A stretch of DNA of 57,218 nt from Nemertoderma westbladi. Taxonomy: Eukaryota > Animalia > Xenacoelomorpha. The notes under the pieces are model-generated. The model saw only the letters and a list, made by a program, of their open reading frames with translations. It did not search any database and had not been told where the DNA came from. Positions 49,453 to 57,218 of the stretch are shown piece by piece; the first letter of the stretch is position 1, and every line of letters begins with the position of its first letter. The position numbers and the translations under genes are program-made. The stretch is from positions 1 through 57,218 of the forward strand of contig JAUCBJ010005185.1 of NCBI GenBank assembly GCA_032718475.1. Direction: 5' to 3'.

Positions 49453-51466
49453 ACCTGTGGATGGTATAGTTCGGTATACAGTATGTCGCTAGGGAATAAA
49501 TACAGAATTATTAGCAGTCGCAGCTATGATCCACCCAGTTAAATACACCCAGAAACACATTCATGTTGGCTGAAGCTAACGAAGAGAGGCCTTCAATTGT
49601 AGTGCGTATAATTATGTAGTACGTGTAATATTTTTAAGTAAACCTGTCTGGCTATGATTTATCACATATTTCAGATATGAATTCCACGCTCATTTGCACA
49701 ATATTCACTTCGCCCAGTAGACAACCCAGAACACCTGCAATAAATTTAAATATTATTAAATTAATACTTTTAATGACAATGAAAGTTTTTATACAAAAGC
49801 ATGCCAAGTCCAATAAGCCTAACATGTCAGTGTATAACACCATCATCAACCTATATCAATCTGGCATTTAGTATTAATTAATGGACCTGAATATTATCTC
49901 CCTACCGTTACCTACCTGTTGCTTATTATTGTTGCCATAGCGATGTTTTCAAACTCTCTCACTATTAATTCGACATGGATAGATAGGTGTTAGGTACAGT
50001 GCAGTTTGTACAGTAGCTTTTATTTGCTACCAACAGGTGTCCAACTGTCAACAACATTTCTTATTCAAATAGAGAATTTACTGGAAGCCAAACATTTTTC
50101 ATATACTGTAAACTGTCTGGCTGGAATATTATTGTGTAACCTACGTACTGAATTGTTGTATTACTTTATACCAGAATTCCTATAAATTATTTAAATATAT
50201 ATTAAAGGACTATTTTGTTTGAACTTCACACCATATTGATGCTAATAGATACCACCATCTGTGTGCGATGTGTGTTCCGATGACATAAGATTCCGCAAAT
50301 TCTATAAAAAAGGCCAATAAGGTTCTGGTAAAAAGGGAAATAAGGTTTATGAGGTTGCGAGGCAACAGCGTAGCATATTTATGTGGGTTAATAAACCCGA
50401 CCCACCCCCTTCTTGTCTCAAAATAATTATGAATTTCATTGAGAACTAATGTGTAATGTACAGCAGTTGATGTACCCATTGACTGCATTCAGATACCAAA
50501 GTCATGTCCCAGAATATTTAAAGGAATATTTAATAAAAAGGGAACTGGACGTACTAAAAATAAATCCCTCTTCAGGGGAAATTCGACGCAAATAAAGCTT
50601 ATTGCTCTCAAAAAGTAAAACAGTAGGCCCTTAGGTGTTAGATGTTAGTTAACTGAAAGGTGTTAGATTTATTATAAAAACGTGGGAATTACAGTAGTTA
50701 CTGTATGTTTGTATTGGTCTGGTTCACCTCTGCTCTGCTTTCGAAAATTAAAACTATTTTCATTCCTCATATACTGTATACAGTAGTTCGGCCTCATGAC
50801 TTTCATCAAAAGGATTAATCTAATGAAATATAATTATTCATATAAAATATGGCCAATTTTTAGCCTGGAAGGTTATTTTTCTACAATACAGTATGTACTA
50901 CTTTGGACGGTAAAAGGGTGTAAAGCCAATGCTGTACTCCAAGACACAGGTAGGCTACCAAGAAACGAAACAGACACTTTAAAAGTACAACACTTCATAA
51001 AGAGATACGTGCATAGATGGTTGGTGATTTAGTATATTTATGGATATGAAAATTGATTAGCTAAATATATAAAAAATACTGCACTATTCTTATTAAATAT
51101 CACAGTATATATTTATAAATCACAGAAACAACTGTGAGTCTCGAATTACTGTAATATTTCTGCGGGAAAGTGGGGCGAACAGGTTGATTTGGTGAAATTT
51201 ATGTTGAATTGACCTAATAGGACCTCAGTCGACAATGCCGAGTTATTACAGACAGAAATACACAGAGAATTACCAAGGTAATGTTAAATTTAATTTCTTA
51301 CAGTTATTATTTAATTCTTAATTAATTAAGTTATAATTAAATTAATTTCCGTCGCCAACGGCACCTGCTGGTCCCTGTATGGTGTCAACGAGCCGCATAT
51401 GGCATCATGTAAATTTATATTTTAAATGTTTGAAGTAGTTCCTCGCCCTGAGCACCGTCGTATGCA

Positions 51467-51853
51467 TAATAAAGGAAGGATGAAATGATCTTTAGGTGCC
51501 GCTGTAATTATATTATAAATGCCAAATATTTCAACCCAAAATTGTAAATGTGGACAATTACAATTAAACAGGCCTTCTTCAGTGGCTCTGGTACCTAATG
51601 TACCTAACTACAGAAACCCTACAACACGACCGGACCGAGCAACAGCAGAACAAATAGTCCTAGTCTTTGTTCTGCTGTTGCTCGGTCCGGTCGTGTTGTA
51701 GGGTTTCTGTAGTTAGGTACATTAGGTACCAGAGCCACTGAAGAAGGCCTGTTTATTTGTAATTGTCCACATTTACAATTTTGGGTTGAAATATTTGGCA
51801 TTTATAATATAATTACAGCGGCACCTAAAGATCATTTCATCCTTCCTTTATTA
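51467..51853. repeat. Near-perfect palindrome with 188-bp arms and an 11-bp spacer
   Basis: 51467-51654 is the reverse complement of 51666-51853, with one mismatch seen. This produces the mirror ORFs 51519+ and 51801-. Confidence 0.97.
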
Positions 51854-52414
51854 ATTTATATTTTATTTTGCAGCATCTCAAATTCCTGTGCCAACTTATG
51901 AGCCAATAGGGATGCAACCTCTAATGATTCGAGGACCTCTCGGACAAACTGAAAACACTAGGTAAACTAATCATAATGATATTTTGATGAAACTTTATTC
52001 GTAAATTAAAATATGCAGTAATTCTATAGGTATTTATAAGAACGTAAAATATATATGCAAATATATATATTGTATATATATATTATATATATGTATATAT
52101 TGTATATATATATTATTTTGATTTGAACGAATTATGTTTTTGACAGACCAATATCAAGCAAGTAAAATTAATCGGAAACAGCGAAACAACATGTTCCTAT
52201 CTGTTCAACCGTAAGTAGTCATCGTTTTATTTAAGCAGGGACACAAAGCGCAACCCTGTTTAAATACTGTAACTAAAATTATCACATTGGTTACATTTAC
52301 AAAATATATATATACTGTATATACAAAATTTTCTTATCCTCTCAACACCAACCATATGTGTGTCAGGTGGTTTACCAATAAAAAATTACATTAAATAATA
52401 TTTTCTCATAAATA

Positions 52415-54214
52415 CAGTCGGGGTCTCAAAGTGCATCTGTTCTTTGAGATTTTCTCAAAGTTTTTCTAAAAGTGTCTAAAAGTCATTACATTACTCCCAA
52501 CGGCCGCTTTGAATTCTTGTAGACACTTTTAGTTGGGAATCTCAAAGTGATTTCCTGCTTTTAGGCACTTTGAATTCTTTGAGAAATGTCACTTTGAGGT
52601 AGTTTGCGGCACTTTTAATTCTTTGAGAAAATAAACTCCGAGGTATTCCTGATTGACAGCTCGTGGTAAGTTAACTGAGAGGCAGAGGCATTCTCGGGGA
52701 ACAATATTATGAGGGCAACGTGATACTTGTGTGCTGGCCAGTTGTTGCATAGAAGCTATATTCCCATTAATTTATCAAATTGAGGTTCCTGAGGTCATTA
52801 CGGGATGGGTTTTCGGTCGCAAGTACAAATTGAATTTACGGCACCCTAAAAGTCTTTCTAAAAAACATTCATTCAAATAATACATGAAACATAATTAGGG
52901 AAACAAGATTAATGCTTAACAAGATTGATTATTTTAATAACATAATACAATATCAGATTAACAATTAATATAAGAGAAACTGCACTGTATAGTATATCTC
53001 TGTGTATACGTAGTTTCATTATAATGACCTAAAGAAGCCCTGTTGGGAGAAAGCTTGTAATAACATTTGTTATTCATTTCATTAGTCACCTCAGGTCAAA
53101 CCGTGCTACCTTAACTGTTTAATTAATATGATAACTATGTTGACGAGAGCGCGAGAATTCCTTCTTAAAAACTAAGAAAGGCTTTCGACTTTCAAGTACG
53201 ATAGAACGGCTACAATCTTGTGTTGTTTTAGCTTAATAGAGATATTAAAATATCCCCTGCCGCTGGCGTTTATATTTGAGCATATTTTAAATGTTTTCCT
53301 CATATTCAATTGATGTGTACCGCCTTCTGGCAAAGCGGCACCCAGTTTAAACTATCAATCACAGCTAGCGAGTAGCGACCCACGGTCGGCGACCTTCAAA
53401 CAAACAGGTGCAGAGCCGGAAAGAACTGTCACATGCTTTGCTTGGCTTGTGGTACTATTTGATTACATAATAGATTTTGGCAGACTGGGCGGTCGCTCTG
53501 ACCATATGCATTGCGCACCAACAATGCCTAAAACATCTATGGGAACAGCCAATTAGTGCGCTTGAATCATTTATCTTTATTCCTGCCTCTACCGTTATTC
53601 TTTACTTTGTATAACACAATTACAGTGCGGCAAAGTATGGCTGGTTGACCATTGAAATGCATTGGTAAAGGTATTCGGCGTTCACGTGGGCTAAACAAAT
53701 TTAAACAGTACAGTTTTAGCACTATACATTAATATAGATAGGGCAACAGACAAACTGTCTATGACACAAATACCAACACATTCCGATAGCCCGCAATTAT
53801 GGCGTCTCTAAAGAGTCTAAATATAAATTAATAAAATCCTCTATGAAACAATAAAAATACCTACAAAAAATACTGCTGTATTAAATATTAGTTACTGCAG
53901 TAACATATAATAATTACTGCAGTAACAAATATTTATTACTGCAGTAATTTGGAGGCATTTTTTGGAGGCATTTTTTGGAGGCATCTTTATTGTTTCATAG
54001 AGGTTTTTATTACTTATATTTTACCCTATAGTCAAAGTCAATATACCCCATACCATAGCCAGCTTCAGGCAGGACTGTATGAAATGACTGACAGTACTAC
54101 TTTGAAATCTTTGAGGACACTTTGTCATTTTCTTGGACCACTTTTAGAAATTTGAGACACTTTTAGTTCTTTGAGAAAATCTCAAAGAACAGATGCACTT
54201 TGAGACCCCGACTG
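52415..54214. mobile_element. Non-autonomous Tc1/mariner-type DNA transposon (1800 bp)
   Basis: Perfect 46-bp TIRs CAGTCGGGGTCTCAAAGTGCATCTGTTCTTTGAGATTTTCTCAAAG, TA on both sides, sub-terminal CTTTGAGA-type repeats and no transposase ORF. Confidence 0.88.
53833..54007. repeat. Small internal fold-back with palindromic sub-repeats
   Basis: CCTCTATGAAACAATAAA / TTTATTGTTTCATAGAGG arms enclose 3x TTACTGCAGTAA and 3x TTTGGAGGCAT. Confidence 0.75.
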
Positions 54215-56253
54215 TATATATAAACCACCCAGTCACTTAAAAATCGCAAAATCATTCAAAATAAAAATATTTATGAGATAATTTGATTTAATGTAAATTT
54301 TATATATATATATATATTGTTCGCACTTTTAGACCTTTAACAGTTTAACCTGTTAATTTACGTGTCTTATGATGTCTGACAGCCCGTACAAAATACGACC
54401 ACAGCAGAAGCCAGTCTAGCGCGGCGTATGACCCACCGTGTGTGGGAGACTGAATTCTATGGCAGAGTGTGGGGTAGGCTACTTTGTATTATTCGATTGA
54501 TCTCTACTATAAAATCTCCAAAAACTATGTTTATTTTCAGGGCAATACCAACAGTTCCTTTCAGGTGCTGCGCTTTAAATACCACGCAGAGTTATGACTT
54601 ATACTAATTACAACGGATGGTCATGAAACTGCACTGTGTTTCATTGTTTAGGAACGTATAATTATTCGCTCGCACTCACGTCACTGACAAATAGTACTGA
54701 AACACGTTAATTTGCCGACTGTCACCAATTTTACTCACATATAAGGAGAAATTTAGCTCACGTACGTTGGGGTGGCTATGAAACAGCATGAACTCATACA
54801 AACCACTGTTATTTGCGCCAAGAATTTGTTACTAGTGTTCCCCTCTGCTTACCTCAATAATCAAGAAAGCCAACAGAGAACGGTTATTCATAAGTATTCT
54901 CCTAATATACAGTACAGTACGCATTAATCAAATAGGTTACAAACGCAATATATTATAACAGTATAAAAACCGTATAAGGGAAGCAGGCAGTGTCAATGAT
55001 CAGACGTCAGCAAGTTTGAGTCAGGATGTCGAGAAACGATAGTTGGGAGAGTGAGTACCGAGAGTTACAGTACGAGATATAATATACTGTGGTTTATAAC
55101 TCTCTGGCAGTCTGGCCACGGATGGTCTTTGGGCAAATTCAGAAATGTCAGACTGAATGATTTTGTCACATTACGGTATATATATGTAAACAAAGAATTC
55201 GCAAAGTGAATATCGCGCTGATTGGCCGAAATGCAGCCCAAGCTCTAAGCTTAAAGAAACAGCTGATAAATTTCGTCATGTTAGTTCTGGATTAAGACAG
55301 ACGTGTAGTTGCATAAGTTTATACTGTATCCAATATCTTAGAGCAATGCTGGCCTTTTTAGAGTAGTTCGCGAATTGCACAAAAACGACACATTTTTGCC
55401 GCAAAAGCTTTAACATATATGAAAGGGTTTACTTTATGAAACCACAATACAATAGGGAGCATGCTTTATACGACCGTGCATATAATATCGTATGGGCAGA
55501 AACGTCGGCCCATATTATAACCGTGATAGTTGAATAAAGTGATACTTTGTCAATTACGTGATGTTCTACAGGAGTAAAATAAAGGAAAATAATAATTGTA
55601 TTATGCCAACCCTGTTACATCGAACTCGGTTGTTTCAACCCCGATATTGTGAAAAGAAACCCGAAAGAGTCTTTCCAAATAATAACAACTCAGATTAATT
55701 ATGATACGAAACAATCCTCTTTATTTCCCTGCAGTAAAATGTAAATTTAACGATGAATGCAAACCATCTGAGGCAACCCGAACGCCCATACCTCTTGCTC
55801 GTTCGTTACCTGCAAGGCAGGAGGGAGTACAATCACTAACTCCCAAGGTCGAATATTCCCACTACTGTACTGTTGTACTTTTTACTCGTAAGATTTTGCC
55901 ACATTCCCAAAACAACTTGTTCGACGAAAGCTACTGTACTATAAGTTCCTTAGAATTACTTTAATATTGTACTGAAATCTTGACTGCTCTGGGGATCGAG
56001 AACGGAGGGAGGAATGCGTGTAGGTTTGTTTAATTTTTGTACTTCATCTATGTAGCATTTTTAATAACTTATTTCCGATATCTAAAGCGGGCAGAGGATG
56101 TACGAAACCACGACACAACTTTCTCATCCATTCTATCGTCCAATCACCGATAAGACGCAGTCAAGCAGTCGATTTGGCACCATGAGTCAGAGCAGCTTCT
56201 TCAGTCGACATAACCCGCATCCATTTAAAGTGAGACACATGAAAGGTTAGATA

Positions 56254-56300
56254 TACAGTAGGCCTAACTGCAGTAGGCCTAACTGCAGTAGGCCTACAGT
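56254..56300. repeat. Short 15-bp tandem repeat
   Basis: CAGTAGGCCTAACTG occurs about three times. Confidence 0.7.
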
Positions 56301-57218
56301 ACAATTGGATTATAGGGTTGGCATCGAGAGACTTTATTTTAGACCGAAAGGATAATGGTAGCATTCAAAAGTCTTTTAGGCCTACGTAATTTTTTGGGGC
56401 AGATTTCCGTCAGAAAAAAAACAATAATAGCGAAATTGGTTATTATTGTAGGATCCATTAATTAATTTATTCCTTCCAATATAAGGTACATACTGACATA
56501 CAGTAGGTATACCAGAGCAACACAAGCGTAAACTGAGCTAAATAAAACGATTAATATATTCCGGAGAGCTTAATAAGAATAAATATACCGGTAGTTATTA
56601 AATTTTTAGAAATTATAAATAGTACTGTATATGAAAATATAAATAGGATAATTATTAATTCAGGACTGTTGGATATTCCAATTTGCTTTGTCAACGACGG
56701 AGGATACATCAGCACTGCGAGACATAGTTTACAAACACCTTCAACACCGTTGCACCAAAATATATACAACCCCCCCAGCGATAGGGGTGGCTCTTAGGAA
56801 CCAGAAGGCACCTACACCAAGATTGGGCTTCAGTAAGTTTTGAACAGTGTACCTACACTAGGTACACAGTATAAGTTCATGAGTCTATTTATTATACATA
56901 CAGTAGTACTGTACCGGTACTTTATTCATATATGAATATATTTCTGAGGCGTAAGTGAATGAAGTTCAATGTCATACAACAGTGCAAATTGTGAATATTA
57001 ATTAAACAAATAATATAAAACAATACATTTAATGATGTAAAAGAATATTAAGAAGTTGACAGATTTTTAGTTGGTGTAACCACGTTTAATAGATTTGGGC
57101 TCTACCTACATGTTGTCTGGCGAGCAACAAAGGTATAAGCGAGCTCAGCATACAGCTTCTGCTGTTTTCAACTCAACTCAACTCGGGATTGGCCCGGACC
57201 TTTATTATTAACAGATTC

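Noticed and set aside
51519-51801. Pair of 60-aa ORFs on opposite strands
   Set aside because: They are mirror images created by the palindrome.
49652-57218. Scattered 60-92 aa ORFs in the right flank
   Set aside because: Their lengths are consistent with chance in AT-rich DNA, with no motifs or convincing splice structure.

Overview
Eukaryotic, AT-rich, repeat-dominated DNA, probably from an invertebrate animal (inference). Positions 1-13486 are a decayed, near full-length BEL/Pao LTR retrotransposon on the + strand. It has a 5' LTR (cut by the window edge), a tRNA-Ser-like PBS, a small upstream ORF, a broken gag-pol (Gag/zinc knuckles, PR, RT, RNase H, IN), a repeat-rich spacer and a 3' LTR. 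Before the 3' LTR sits an unexpected extra ~2.6-kb ORF that is not env: it resembles a WRN/Mut-7/EXD-type 3'-5' exonuclease domain plus CCHC knuckles. The element also carries 13 sense-strand copies of a GNRA-capped, bulged-A hairpin (core GAGCCT-GAAA-AGG-A-CTC), found in both LTRs and inside gag, pol and the extra ORF. Together these suggest a possible element-encoded RNA-motif/RNA-binding-protein system, the best novelty candidate here. Positions ~16040-48530 are a 5'-truncated CR1/L2-group LINE on the - strand. One 40-bp piece of its RT coding sequence (KIIPVYKSGDPTD) has expanded into a ~30-kb satellite with higher-order structure. The rest holds tRNA-derived SINEs, a candidate signal-peptide exon, a 387-bp near-perfect palindrome and a 1.8-kb non-autonomous Tc1/mariner-type element. 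All family assignments come from motif recognition by eye; no searches were run.
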